Assembly (NCBI GenBank): GCA_000934665.2 | Contig: KZ538414.1 | Location: 1-64,000 of the forward strand | DNA: 64,000 nucleotides | Direction of reading: 5' to 3' | Source of the DNA: Catajapyx aquilonaris | Taxonomy: Eukaryota | In this document: piece after piece, positions 38,309 through 51,514 of the stretch | Numbering within the stretch: position 1 is the first letter of the stretch | How the letters are laid out: the number at the start of each line of letters is the position of its first letter | Program-made: the position numbers and the translations under genes | The notes under the pieces: generated by a model | Database searches by the model: none | Seen by the model: only the letters and a program-made list of their open reading frames with translations | What the model was told of the DNA's origin: nothing

Positions 38309-38655
38309 CGGAAGAACCAGGAACCATTTTCGGAAGAACCAGGGACCATGGAGGTCCCATTCCACCGGACCTCACCGTTCCCGTCCCACCGGACTATGGA
38401 GGTTGACAGGCATCACGGAAGGCGGGAGGGTGAGTAGTGGCCAGGGGCAGTGGCTGTGTCGCAAACGTAAGGATGCAAGTGTTGATTTTTGGGATTTTTG
38501 GGAAGGGGTATGCTGTACCAACCTAACCTAACCTTCCTTGCGGATACAGACGTATCTTCAGCGGATACACTCCTACCCTTCAGCCTGCCTGCTCCGTTTT
38601 TGCGACACAGCCACTGCCCCCAGCCACCACGATGCCTGTCTCCCCAACTCTATCC
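38309..38655. mobile_element. Insertion with internal inverted arms and a (CCTAA)n core
   Basis: It is absent from the paralogous copy at 38725-38860. The arms GGGGCAGTGGCTGTGTCGCAAA / TTTGCGACACAGCCACTGCCCC flank CCAACCTAACCTAACC. Confidence 0.55.
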
Positions 38656-38866
38656 ACATTTTCTCCTAAAAATCACTCCTTAGGGTTGGCCTGGTCCATG
38701 TTTACATTTTATGCAGCATGGAAGCCAGTTTTACCACAGATATCCCAACAATGATTGTCCTCAACACCAAAAGAACTACGTAAATAGCGCTTAACCATAA
38801 CGTTGCTTCATATTGCTACTTTAGTAGATTTTCTCCTAAAAATCACTCTTTAGGGTTGGCCTGGTC

Positions 38867-39129
38867 AAAGGGGGTAGTCACTTCGGAGAGCTGGTGTACA
38901 CCCTCACTGGTGAGCCGAGGAGAGCCGATGGAAAACTACGTCATATTGACGTCATATCATCAACCCCTCGGGTTGTGACGTAGTTGGCTCTCTGCGGCTC
39001 TCCGAGGCATCGGTGAGCCGTGGGTGAGCCTGCTGGTGAGCCGGGGGAGAGTCGTGGAGAGCCGAGGAGAGCCGAGGAGAGCCACGGAGAGCCGGTGTAC
39101 ACTTTTTTGAGGAGTGACTAACCCCCTTG
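38867..39129. mobile_element. hAT-type MITE with 10-bp GAGCCGAGGA repeats
   Basis: GCCTGGTC|AAAGGGGGTAGTCACT...AGTGACTAACCCCCTTG|GTCTGGTC. An empty site exists in the paralogous duplicate at 38681-38710. Confidence 0.85.
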
Positions 39130-40849
39130 GTCTGGTCCATGTTTACATTTCAGACGACATAACAGGCTGTTTCGCCCAAGAATTCCCAACAATGCTCACC
39201 CCCAAGCCAGGGTCACTCCTGATGGTTTCGCAGTGCAAGTGTATATAAATTGATCGCCAGGACTGCCAGAGGAGGACGCCCTGAGTGAGTGAACGCGTGT
39301 AAACAATTCAATCAACGTCGTGTGTAAAAATGCACCGTTTCGCATGGACTGTCCCCTAGCTAGCCCCGTTGTGTTTTTTTCCGCCTCTTTTCCTAGGGGT
39401 GGGGAGTGGCGGTGTGGGAGAGGGGAGGTCCGCTTTGTAGGGCTTTTCCACGCCGCTTGTTCATGGTCGGAGGCGTGGAGGACAGACAGGTTTTTAGAGG
39501 GGTGGGGGTCCAGAGAGGGATGGGGGAGGTCACACTCTTGGGGTACGGAAGCGGAGCTGCTGGACCGAGGAACAGTATCCCCCGAATTTTTTGAGGGGAC
39601 TTCTACACAGCTAATACTTTCCCCGCCAAAAAATATTAGTGACTCTAGATGACATGTGTTATGCAAATCTTTGGCCTTGGCTATCCCACCCGCCTAACCT
39701 CCTGTGGAGGTCAAAATGAACTTCCAGAAGATGACTCTGCAAGCCAATTTCGCCCCCACCTGGCCCATGGGGTAGGAGCTGACAGGTCCCCTTTATTCTG
39801 GTCACAATACCAGCTAGCTCTTGAATCCGGCTTTTTATACCTTCTGTTGCGCCAGACCACTTCTATTACATGTCCGTTTGATCTGAATGGGACACCCCAT
39901 CCACTTCTCTTGTCATATCAAAATAGAAAAGAGGGGGCTACCTGGCTGGGGGGTTGACTCCTCTTGCATTATTGCCTTTTGATCGGACACAACTGCTAGA
40001 TAATTGACTGTTTGGAGGTATATTCACAGCCCATTTGTTGGAGCAGTGGGAACCCACAGGTAGAATGAATATTTTTACTAAGGGTTTGTATACAACCATC
40101 ACCACATGGGTCTGATTAGGAATATATTAGCGGACAGACGCCATGTAATTATTTACAGAACCTTGAACGGGACTTGCCACCTGTGGACTGATGCTCTGAG
40201 GATGACCTCCATGCCTTTAACCCTCAAGAAAAAAAGCATTTGGTAAAATCAAAATTTATACTTCAACTAATGACTTTTATATCCTGGTCCTCACACATAA
40301 AAAGGTCCAATAGAGACGTCCGACTTGATTTTACACGCCTTACATCTTGTCACTTTGAATCCAGCGAGACATCTGCCTGCATAAGTCTGGGCTCAGTATG
40401 AAAGGAACATTGTGGACACTATGCCGGGACCTATTATTTACAGTCCTGTAGGGGAGGGTGCAGACCCGTGAAGACAATGTAGTTGTGGGGGCATGGAAGA
40501 GACTGGGGGTGTTGGAGGAAGAGGGTAAATTGCCCCCTCTTGTGAATCTGATTGCCCCCCCTCGGGCCACTCGTTTCCATCACATAAGGTGTCCGCCAAG
40601 AGGAGTCCTCAGGCCTCGTAAAAGTTCGGGCTGGAAGCCCATTACCAGGCTCCCGTGCTGATACTGCCCAGGTGTTTCGAACAGGTAAATTTGAACCGAT
40701 TGTTCAAATAGGCACAGTTTAATTTTGTATTGTTAATAATGTTTGTAAATATTGTAATTTTTGATTGGTTTTTGCAGTTTCCTTCAATAGATTACATATC
40801 TCCTACATGTCTATTCTTTCATTATTATTCACTCCATATGTGCGTTACA

Positions 40850-41305
40850 CCTGTCCAGACTATGGAGTTGCTCTGTAGTAACAGACTATGGAGAGGTGTA
40901 ATGAACATTTGGAGACAATTTCCGTATGTTTTTTAAAGATGATCCACCACATATGATGTATGTGCCTCTCCAGACTATGGAGTTCTATGGAGTGCTATGA
41001 AATTACTCCGTATAGTAACAGACTATGGAGTTGCTCCGTAGTAACAGACTGTGGAGAGATGTAATACACATTTGGAGACAATCTCCGCATGTTTTTTTAA
41101 AAAGATGATCCACCACATATCATGTATCCAGACTATGGAGTTCTATGGAATGCTACGGAGTTGCTCTGTAGTAACAGGCTATGAATAGGTGTAATGAACA
41201 TTTGGAGACAATCTCCACATGTTTTTTAAAGATGATCCACCATATGCCATGTGTGTACCTATCCAGACTATGGAGTTCTATGAAGAGGTGTTCTCCACAT
41301 GTTCT
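40850..41305. repeat. Degenerate tandem repeat (CCAGACTATGGAGTT core, ~120-180-bp period)
   Basis: About three units with internal sub-repeats. Confidence 0.8.
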
Positions 41306-41935
41306 TTCAAGTGTGTTACTATAGATTATATGGCTACCACTTTTCTTTTCTTGGAACCGACTCTCTGCTGGGGTCGTTCCCTACACACTTGCCCATTCCA
41401 CATTCCTTCGGGGTCCCCCACGTCAGGCTGTCTGGCCATCCCCATCCTGAACACCTCTTCTCTTCCCCTTCCCACCACAACCTTCCTCCTCCTCCACCTC
41501 CTTTTTGTGCCGCAAAAGGAACCCGCCGTGCTGCGGGCATTCCAGAGCCGGCCGGCTCCCTTTAATCAACACCTCTCCTCATGCTTTACAAATTCTTGCT
41601 GCCACCTCTGATCAGCGCCCACCTTCTTCGCCCTGATTTATTGCATCGACCAGGATTGGGGGGGACTCAGACACGCCTCTATACCTCGTCTCACCAGGAC
41701 CAAACACCTTTGAAAATTTTGGGGCAGGTGCATGGGCTTCCTGAAGGCTCTACGACAAACAAAGCTAAAGACAAACGTAGGGCAAACAAGTAGATGGTAT
41801 TGTTTGGCTCGTTGATTTTGATACATTTTAGAGCATTACTAAGCATCTAAAACGTATCAAAATTATGGAAAATTGACACACTGCACAAGTCGATTAATAC
41901 ACACTGCTGTACTGGCACGAAATTGTAGAAATTTG

Positions 41936-42035
41936 TCCTAGTCCTAGCCCTAGTCTTAGCCCTAGCCTTAGTCCTAGCCTTAGCCCTAGCCTTAGCCCTA
42001 GTCTTAGCCCTAGGCCTAGCCCTAGCCCTAGCCCT
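41936..42035. repeat. Hexamer microsatellite (CTAGCC/TTAGCC/CTAGTC)n
   Basis: Visible directly. Confidence 0.9.
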
Positions 42036-44899
42036 ACAACTACGTATATGAAATTTTGAGACTTTTCAACCACAGTGTGGCATATCAGCCATGACTAATC
42101 CCTGTTTCAACCTTCTTAGACCCCTAAATAGCCTGCACCCACAAACTGATTTTATACCAATTTTGACAAAAATATTCCACGTCCATGACTGGTCCATGAA
42201 GCTCGTTTCCTGCACCCCCGTTGTGAAGATACGCCTAGATATCACTTATATCCGGTTATGGCATGGTCTGGCAGGTCACAAATCGTCGTCTGGAGCATGC
42301 AAGCACAGGGTGCATCTCCTGTACATATAATAACAGCCTCTCCAAACATTTCTTCATAAAAATGACTACCTCCCAACACCTTCTTTCAAAAAAAATATGG
42401 AGTCATTAACATGATCGATGACGTCACGGTTCGGCAGGGGCACCCCTCTTCCAATCGAGTTATGATTGATAATCTGGAGCTTAGGAACACTCCAGATGCC
42501 CTGTGTTAATTCCGAACTTTTTGCCTCACCTTGTTATAGAAACAATGCAGAGGCGCCCTTATTTTTTCCGCTTTTTTTACATTTTTTCCAGAGATAATTT
42601 GGGCATCGGTGTAATTGGCGGTGGCTTGATCTCAAAAGAGTTAACCGGAGGTCACAGGCTGTCTTATTTTACACACAGCTGCTTTGGAAGGTGATGAAGG
42701 CTTGCTAATCACCCCTTTATATGTATTTTTTTTATATTATCTTCCTGAGTGTATGGCCACCTCGTGACTACAGAAGAATTAAGTTGCATTCGTATCCCCA
42801 ACGTAATGACTGGTTAGATTTCAAGTCAGACACCTCGTCATAGGAAATGATATGTATTTTCAAAGGTACAATTGTTGACAAATGACCACCGTGGGCTCCT
42901 GAAGGTGTCGTTGTAATTGGAAGGAAAATGGTGGTTTTGTGAGGCCCAAAAAGCGATTTTATCAGAGGAAATGGTATAACGTGTAAGAGTCATCTGGGGG
43001 GAGGAAACATGAGAATATCACATTGTTGTTGTTCGAATAGTTGAAAATATCATACTTGTCATACTTGAGCTGGCATCATGATTAATAATTTTAAAAAATT
43101 TAAAACTGTGAGAATTTGTGTTCAAAAATTCTGAATCGTTGTAAAATCCGTGCAGTTTTTTAAAAAATAAACTCAAATCGGCATAAGCTTACACATTTGT
43201 GTAGTGTTACTCATATGGTTAAAAAAACACATCAAATTTTATGATCCTACATCATCATGGGTCAAATTATATTGCCTATTGTTTTATTCAAATGGCAGGA
43301 AAACTATTCAAGAATTGAGTAACTCGGTGTTGTTAGAGTAACCTTTACTCAAAACTCACAGGTGGGATAAAGTGCATGAAAAACCTGACTATTTTATGAT
43401 CGCGTAAGTTACGCATGTCGTTACTATAATAGTTCGAATATATGCCAAGTGTTGCTGCAGGCCGACCATTATAAATAAAGCATATGATGAATATGCATAT
43501 ATGCATATTTTTGATATCATTTACTCAAATCGCTGGAAAAATACTCAGTAGTCATTTTAAAGAAATCCAGACCTACGTTGGGCCAGGTTTTCTCTGGAAA
43601 TTAGTTCCCTGGAAAAGTTTTGTGAGTCGGATACAAATTTCAGTATTTTGCTTCCAAACATTGCTCTCTTCTCACTCAACTAGAAAATTCTAGTAGGAAA
43701 TATTTACAACTATATTATCGTTACTTCCTGCATAAATTTTTTTATTGCAAAACCTGCACTTCCTAATCCCACAAAATTAGCATAAATCCCTGTTACGCTT
43801 TTACCATTATGCTGCATTTACACATTCAGTACCGCAGTGCGACCCACCCGGAAAATAACAGTCCACCACCACTAAAGCGATACCATCGTCCAATGTAACG
43901 CCCCAACATGGCTTCCCTTAAAATTGAAAATTCGTGTGTGTAGACCCACCCAAAAAGCTAGAGGAGGAGCCTCCATCCTTTTTACCATCCTACTTTCAAC
44001 ACCACCCAGAAAAAAAACAAGGCGGGACCCACATAACCCCGATAAATACCAGGTATCCAAAAACGGCCGCCATATTTTTTTTCGTTCGAAACCCCAACAT
44101 CCATCATTCTATGTTATTATATTAGTTCTTAAGTGAATGACATTATATTAACCAAAGGTCATGACCACATGTGAATCAACTATCGAAACCAGCTTTAGAA
44201 AGTAATGTTCAGGTGTTTCGAAGATTCATAATTCCGGTTTGACTTTAGTGAGAATTTATGTGATGCTGGTCCCTCACGCTTCATTACTTTCAAATGCTCA
44301 AGCACGTGACAAACACCTGTACGGATATGTGCGGTCAAAGTCGCACAGTGAATCTTTAGGACAATTGTTTTTTTTGTTTTTTTCTGTCAGTATATTTACA
44401 TTTCAGTGCGATTACCATGCGTTACGGTACGGACTTACTTGCTATTGTGAGTTGGTTTCATGGGTATTACATGCACGGGGTTAAAACACACCTGATATTC
44501 CAGGAAATGTCCTGCTGTGTACCGTACTTGAAATTGACCCCGGTTTGTGATTTAGGACCGGTTGGGCCAAATCATATGAATAAATTGAGAAAAACCTAGA
44601 TATTTTAAAAATTCAGTTGATTCAGGCCTAATTGTCTGTTGTATCAACTAAATAGGCCTACTAAAATTAAGATTAACAGGTGTTGATGAAACTCAGATGA
44701 AACCAGCTTTTACTGTCGTGCCCAGGTCGTGCCACAGTAGGCTATAGTAATGTCATAGTAACATGTAATTTTGATAGGTCCACTAATAACTTAGAGAGTG
44801 TATAGGCCTACTTTAAAAAATAATTTTGAGCTGGGATAGGGATCAAAGTGATGCTAATTTGCAAATTTTCAATTACTAATATAACTTACTGGTACTACT

Positions 44900-45400
44900 A
44901 GATAATTATTATGTAGTCCATGTAAATAATATAATAAATATAATATAACATAATATATAATGCAATAATAAATATAGTATAGCATAATATATAACAATAA
45001 ATATAATGTGATATAATATATAATAATTGATGTAATATAATATAATGTATAATAATTAATATAATGTAATTAATATATAATATAACGTTATAATGTAATA
45101 TAATAAATGAAGTAAACAAATAATAATATTATACTAAATTAAGTAAACAAATAAATAATAATATAATAAATATGAAATATGAAATAAAATAAACAGATCA
45201 TGATGATGAATAAGAAATAGGAAATAAAATAAAATAAACAAACCGAGAATAATGATAAATAAGAAATAGATAAAAAGCCAAATAAACAAATAGATAATAA
45301 ACAAATAGATAATAAATAATAATAAACAAAATAAAATAAACCATAATAAACAAAATAAAATAAACCATAATAAACAATTAATTAATTAATTAATGTCAAT
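44900..45400. repeat. AT-rich low-complexity tract
   Basis: ATATA/ATAAA-derived simple sequence. Confidence 0.85.
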
Positions 45401-46594
45401 TTAAAATTAAATCCTTCCAACTATTTCTGCCACTTCCTATTGTTGACCATCGTTTCTTTTCATTACACATTGATATCAAACTTTTCCAGTCATATAGTGT
45501 GACAGGTCAAACATGACCATTGTCACTCTTAGCTGGCAGCTCTGCTTTGCCCTCATCAACCACCGGAAATGGAGTATCCAAAGGGTGCTGGAACCTGCCC
45601 AATATTTCCCCAAAACAAAAGCCAGGAAGCCATCCACTTATTTGGCTCCCCAACCCATCAGAAGGTGCCAACAATGTCCGAATAGATCCGCTCCCGTTTT
45701 TCCAACAAAACAACCCCTTTTGTTATAGACAAATCGATTTTTCGCACAGCCAGAAGGGTACAGGAGGATTTAGTTAAAGATTAATTGTATCTAGTACTCA
45801 CGCCCATATTTTTTTTACCTTCATACATACGAGCATGTGAGACTACCTGGTAATGGCCGCCTAATTAGAGCACCTGTAACATTTTTGATGGGTCTCACCA
45901 CCCACCCCAAAAAACGTCTGGTTTACTAACCAGTTCAGCATGTTTTTCGTGGGAATTGTTACTGTTGGGGACTGCGACAGGTCTGATAACGCATTATGAT
46001 TGACGGAAACAAGATTACTTCAGGTGCTCGCTAATTTATGTCAACGCTGGCCAGGTAAGAAAATGGTACGAACGCAAACACTGTTTATTTTTTTGATAAC
46101 AGAGTGATGACCTTAATTGGCCCATGGGTTTTCGCTGCTTGCCAGTTACACGGGTAATATTTTAGGTGCGAAGATCTGATTGTAACGCATTTCAACGAGC
46201 ACGCGGTGTACGTACGCGGATAGGCACGAAACCGCTTTTAAAGAAAAACAAGAATTCGAATCATCACTCTGATTAACTCTGATTAATTAGCAGATGGGGT
46301 AGTTAGACAATGGGATGAGTTTGTACGTGGTTGAGCACCGAGTTCCAAAATTGGGCCAGAGATGTCGCCAGTGTCAATTTGTAAAAATAAAATCAAATCT
46401 GGAGAGTATTATTTATCAAAGTCTTAAAAATCCCTAATTAGTTAATTCATTCATTAATGAGAGAAATTAAAAGGTCGACTGTATCGATTCAATAATATAA
46501 AAACCGCAAGATAAGGGTGTGAGTTTGTACGAGTTTGAGCACCAAGTTCCAAGAGGAGGTCAGAGATGTCGCCATTGTCATTTTACAAAAAATT

Positions 46595-46782
46595 ACCGAA
46601 GCAGTTTGGAGTAGGGGATATGGTGTCCGACTGCTAATCGAGATGTCCTGGGATCAAATCCCGGGCCCGGCAACTCTGACCGTGGTTTTCTGTGGTTTCC
46701 CACGGTCCTTCCAGGAAAATGCCGGAGTTGCTTCCGTAATTAATAGGCCACAGCCGCTTCCTTCCGTCCCTATCCTATCCCA
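46595..46782 (+). mobile_element. SINE family A copy lacking the 3' tail module
   Basis: Head and body match the family. Similarity stops after CCTATCCTATCCC. Confidence 0.85.
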
Positions 46783-46856
46783 AAGAGCGCAATAAGCAAA
46801 GAGTTCCAGACAAAACAAATTTGAACAATAAAAAGGTCTACTCTATCGATTCAATT

Positions 46857-47332
46857 CACTCCAAAAATCTACATGTTTTTCCACTCGATTTGAGTGATTT
46901 CCTTTCTTCTAAATAACTCGAATCCCATTCTTTTTGAGCTAAAATCACTCGATCACTTATTGAGTGCAAGAATTTTCTCTCACAATGAGTAATAATTTCG
47001 CTCAAATTGAGTAATAATTTCGTTCAAATTGAGTAATAATTTCGTTCAAACTGAGTAATAATTTCGTTCATATTGAGTAATAATTTCGTCCACATTGAGT
47101 AATAATTTCGCTCAAATTAAGTAAATTTCTACTCAGATTCGAACAAAAAACCACTCACATTTGGCGAAATTGTTTTCACTCAATGAAAGAGTAGTTTCCC
47201 ACTCATTTTCACCCTTATTCTTTCGAGAAATTTCCCATTCGATTTGAGTTAAAGTAAACGGATTAAAATTCACTCAGAAAGAACATTTTGCGAAATTGAT
47301 CATTTTTTGAGTGAATGAGTATTTTTAGAGAG
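46857..47332. mobile_element. Probable MITE with an internal 22-bp array (TTGAGTAATAATTTCGYTCAAA)
   Basis: Imperfect ends CACTCCAAAAAT / ATTTTTAGAGAG, many ACTCA/TGAGT motifs, and an array at 46985-47125. Confidence 0.55.
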
Positions 47333-47344
47333 TTAGTTATTATA

Positions 47345-47672
47345 TATGGTGTTTCAACTTTTTTGTCCGAACAGTTATCGGAAAATTGCATGTAGCTGCT
47401 ACTTTGTAAACAGTGACTTGCAACCGGTGATTTGTCTGAGGAATGGGGAATGGAAAAAAGAGGGTCACACATCCCATGGCATGTGTGACCCTCTTTTTCC
47501 AGGCTTGACCCTCAATTTTCAGCGGGCAGCACGTATGCCACTTCAACCTACGATTCGCAGGGAATATTCCCCGTTCCTCCGACAAATCCCCGTTTGCAAG
47601 TCACTGCTTACAAAGTAGCAGCTACGTGCAATTTTCCGATAACTGTTCGGACAAAAAAGTTGAAACACCCTG
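47345..47672. mobile_element. CAGGGTG MITE (~110-bp TIRs, internal hairpin), related to 56215-56419
   Basis: GGTGTTTCAACTTTTTTGTCCGAACAG...CTGTTCGGACAAAAAAGTTGAAACACCCTG|TA. Inner hairpin GAAAAAAGAGGGTCACACAT..ATGTGTGACCCTCTTTTTC. Confidence 0.85.
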
Positions 47673-47704
47673 TATACAGAAATCATGGTCTTAGAATACT
47701 AAGG

Positions 47705-47998
47705 TCTGGACACTCCCTCTTATCGCGTATGAGGTGCTCACCTGAGTGCCCCATGAGACAGCTTTTCATTGCTCTATTATGTGGCGACCCTACCGGACTA
47801 CGCTGAACTAAAGTAGAAGAGAAGCCGATACATGCGACCAATGTAGCGCTTCCATTTTGTACCTCTAAAGTTCAGCGTAGTCCGGTAGGGTCGCCACATA
47901 ATAGCGCAATGAAAAGCTGTCTCATGGCGCTCTCAGGTGAGCACATCATGCAAAACGCCCCGGCAGGCGATAAGATAAGATTGTAGGGGAAGTGTCCG
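47705..47998. mobile_element. Foldback element with ~76-bp near-perfect arms
   Basis: 47734-47809 is the reverse complement of 47869-47945. Weaker outer pairing GGACACT..CTTATCGC / GCGATAAG..AGTGTCC. Confidence 0.7.
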
Positions 47999-48837
47999 GG
48001 GGCTGATAGAAATCGTAGGAAAAAGGGGTGAGTTTGTACGCGTTTGAGCAGAGTTTCAAGAGAAGGCCAGAGATGTCGCAATGGTCGAAATGATATTTTC
48101 TTGTTTCAAATTAATTTAATTCATTATTTACAAGATAAATAAATGCCGACTGTTTCGATTCTTATATAAAAATGTCAACGTCAACTGTCCCCCTACTTGT
48201 GTCACAAATATGGCGCCCAGCAGTCCTTCCTGGCTTGGCGGGCCATGCACGCCATCAGCAACCGCAACCTGAATAAGCGCACATAACTCCTGAACCCCCG
48301 ACTCCTGCGTGTGTCGCCCATTCTGACAGAACAACACTAATAGGTCCAATACCAGCACAAAATGGCCGCCCCCTTCGCTCGATATACGGCCCCGACCTGG
48401 CGAATAATCCTACCCTGGCAACAATTATGGGCTCCAACCACTAGACAGAAAGATAAATAACTCCGCAGAAAGCCTCTGGAATCGAACCTTTATCACCACC
48501 GCCTACATATGCTAGAGCGCAGGTGTATTTACATTCGACTCACACGCGAGACGGAGGAAAGCTTTATAAGAGTGGACATGTCATCCATCATGGCCGCCCA
48601 GATACGAATCGCGCCCGGACGCGCGACCTGACACCACGCCGCTCGTAAAAACGGGTCCATTCATTACGAACCATCGCACCTTTGCCTGAGAGAAAGAGAG
48701 AGCCGGCTTTTGCTAACGACTTTTGAGTGTGTAAGTCGCGAGTCACTCCGACGCGCGACGCCATATTGGTGTGACACGGGCGACTCCAGGCGGATGGTGA
48801 GCGAATTGGAGCGGGTATATGGTAAGCCTGGTATCTA

Positions 48838-49350
48838 TATGGGGCCAGTAGTATGGAAAACACTGGTCACATGCCATTTCGGATATAGTAGACTAGAGGT
48901 CCACGCGCTAATCCCGGGGCCGGCGACCCTGACCATGGTTTTCTGTGGTTTTCCATGGTCCCCTCCAGGACAATTCCGGGGTCGTTTCCGTAAAAATAGG
49001 CCACAGACGCTTCCATCCTTCCCTATCACTGGTACCATCCAATGCAATGGTGGTAATCCACCCCCCTAAGGGAGCCAAAGGCTCCAGCACGGGGTATGAT
49101 AAATAAAAATTTTAAAAAGACTAGAGGCCCACACCAGATGATCCCTGACGTTATTTTAACGACTTTTAAGTTAATTGCACAACTTTTAACGTCTCAATGA
49201 TATAATAGTCGTTAACGCTTAATGTGAAAATTAGCGTTAAAAAGTCGTTAAATTGACGTAAAAATCGTTAAATCATCTAGCGTGGGCTTCTAGTCTATAC
49301 TATATCCGAAATGGCATAGGGCCAGTGTTTTCCATACTATAGGGCCCATA
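48838..49350. mobile_element. MITE (GGGCC-type ends, possibly PIF/Harbinger) interrupted by a SINE
   Basis: TATGGGGCCAGTAGTATGGAAAACACTGG..ATGCCATTTCGGATATAGTAGACTAGA pairs with the right end at 49290-49350. Confidence 0.75.
48905..49117 (+). mobile_element. 5'-truncated SINE family A (tail B)
   Basis: 15-bp TSD AGACTAGAGG(T/C)CCAC at 48890-48904 and 49118-49132. Confidence 0.9.
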
Positions 49351-49428
49351 ACCATAAGGTTCTGCCTCGGTCACTTGGAGACACTGGCGACAACATATTA
49401 CCCGTCACCTCTGCTTGGCCGGGTCTTT

Positions 49429-49594
49429 TTCCGCTTTTCACCCGACATGCCGGGGCAGAATACACTCCCTACTCTGTCCAGGGCCAGGAGAAAAGGCCTG
49501 GTGTTTAAAGAATGTCAGAAATGACCTCCCTGACCTCCCTTGGGAACGCCCCCTCCCCTCCCCCCAAAGAGGGCCTCGGGTCCTATCACGGGGT
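49429..49594 (+). mobile_element. Retroposon family D copy, tail-to-tail with a solo tail B (49623-49672, minus)
   Basis: Matches 14571-14730. Confidence 0.8.
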
Positions 49595-51103
49595 ATTTTT
49601 TATTTTTTATTTTTTTATTTGCTACCCCGTGCTGGAGCCATGGGCTCCCTTAGGGGGGTGGAATACCACCATTTTTTCTTACGAATTTTCTTTCCCCGCA
49701 ATATCACGGGGTATATTTCAATAATAATAATTATTATAATTATAATTATAATTATTATAATTATTATAATTATAATTATAATAATTGTCCCTCTGTATAC
49801 CAACCAAAGTGACATCGATATAGCTTCAAAACCCAGTGAAGCTCATACCTGTAACAGACGATTGTTGATTCAAGAATTACATTTAAAATGAAATATTTTT
49901 TTATCAAATTAAAATATGGTCCATAAAATCACCTGATCAGTAAAAGTATAGTGTACAGCCTGTACTTATAGAAATCAATCCCAGGTTTCCTATATACTCC
50001 AAATGTTCAAAATGCGTTCAACCACCTTGCCTTCCCCCGCGAATAATAACCCTATAATTACCCGCACACATTTGCCACGCTGCACACCTGAATATGCAAC
50101 GAAGGTGTATGGTATCATGCATTGTACGAACCTGCACCCACCCCCGCATGACGTCACGGGGTTTTGAAACAAAGGGCGGATCGGACAATGAACATAAGTG
50201 AATATCCCCTTTACGTCCGTCCGTACGTGGATCTAATTAGTAGTAGCTGGTATTATATCCTACTCGTCAGACCTTCGTTGTCACGCCCGGTAGCCAACGG
50301 ATGTTGCGGGCCCAGAGTGGGAGGGTTCTAATCCTATACATGAGAGCTGTAATTATCAAACCCTCACATAACTCCTCTAACTGTTGCCCAAATCACTGCA
50401 CAACTGCCACACACCGCTTATTAACATTAAAAAGGTGTGAGTCGTTTGAGACCTCTAGTCTGTTGTTTCCCCACACACACACACACCTTTTGTTTGTTTC
50501 TTCTGGTCCGTTTGGTACGTACGTGTTATTGTTTATGTGCGTGTATTGCCTGATTCGTATGCGGTGCTTGGTTTTTCTCAAGCGAGATTTGGATGGTAAA
50601 GTACACAGGTTTACAAAAGACAACAATGCACGTCAAGGGATAAGTTACTGGTCGGTAGCTAGATTAAACAATTCAGAGGTGTTCAGACTTGACAAGCGAG
50701 GAAATGGGGGCCTCAGGGGGTGTTCTTCAGGAGAAAATGCATGAATTAGTCAACTAGGTGTTATATTTAATTAATTAAAAATCATGTTGAGCATATTCAT
50801 TGTTGTATTAATTGTAACTGCTGATGATGATGCCAAGCTTAAAGTTATTGTGAGCAGCTGTTGCGCGTTGTTTGACAGGTGTGAGTAAATGAGCCACCAA
50901 AACCAATACCGCTACGCTATTTTAACGGATACGCCTGGGTGAAATTTACAGTTGAAGAACCATGGTAAAAACTATTAAATATAGGTCTGGTCCTTCACAT
51001 TTTATTGTGACATGTATGATGTTGACAATATCCAAGGGGTTCACTTCGGTACTCAAGTGAACACCTGCAGTGGTACTCATTTTGGTACAGTGCTGGACAT
51101 TAA

Positions 51104-51514
51104 CCCTGGAACCGTGACGTGCGGTCTTTTAGGACCCCATCCATATTTTAATTTTTATTAATTTTTATATAATACTTTTCAATGTATTGACTATCAGCAA
51201 TTATTCTTTTAACAATGCCTAAAATGATAGCTTATTCAGAATAAACATGTACTTCCCGTTATATACTTTTTTTTAAATGGCAACAGTTGGGCAGAATTGC
51301 ACTCCCTACTCTGCCCAGGGCCAGGAGAGAAGGCCTGGTGTTTAAAGAATGTCAGAAATGACTACCGCACAGCGCCCTCCCTTGGGAACCTCCCCCCAGA
51401 GGGCCTCGAGCCCTATCACGGGGATCCAAAAAATGGCAACAGTTCATTGTAAATATCATTTTAATGCATTTTAATTCCTTTCGGGTCCTAAGACCTCAAG
51501 TCACGGTTCCAGGG
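51104..51514. mobile_element. piggyBac-type (TTAA) MITE
   Basis: TTAA|CCCTGGAACCGTGAC...GTCACGGTTCCAGGG|TTAA. Confidence 0.85.
51289..51430 (+). mobile_element. Retroposon family D copy with perfect 14-bp TSD
   Basis: AAATGGCAACAGTT at 51275-51288 and 51431-51444. Confidence 0.85.

Noticed and set aside
41936..42035. Hexamer array as a telomeric repeat
   Set aside because: It has mixed CTAGCC/TTAGCC/CTAGTC units that do not match TTAGG, TTAGGG or TTAGGC on either strand.
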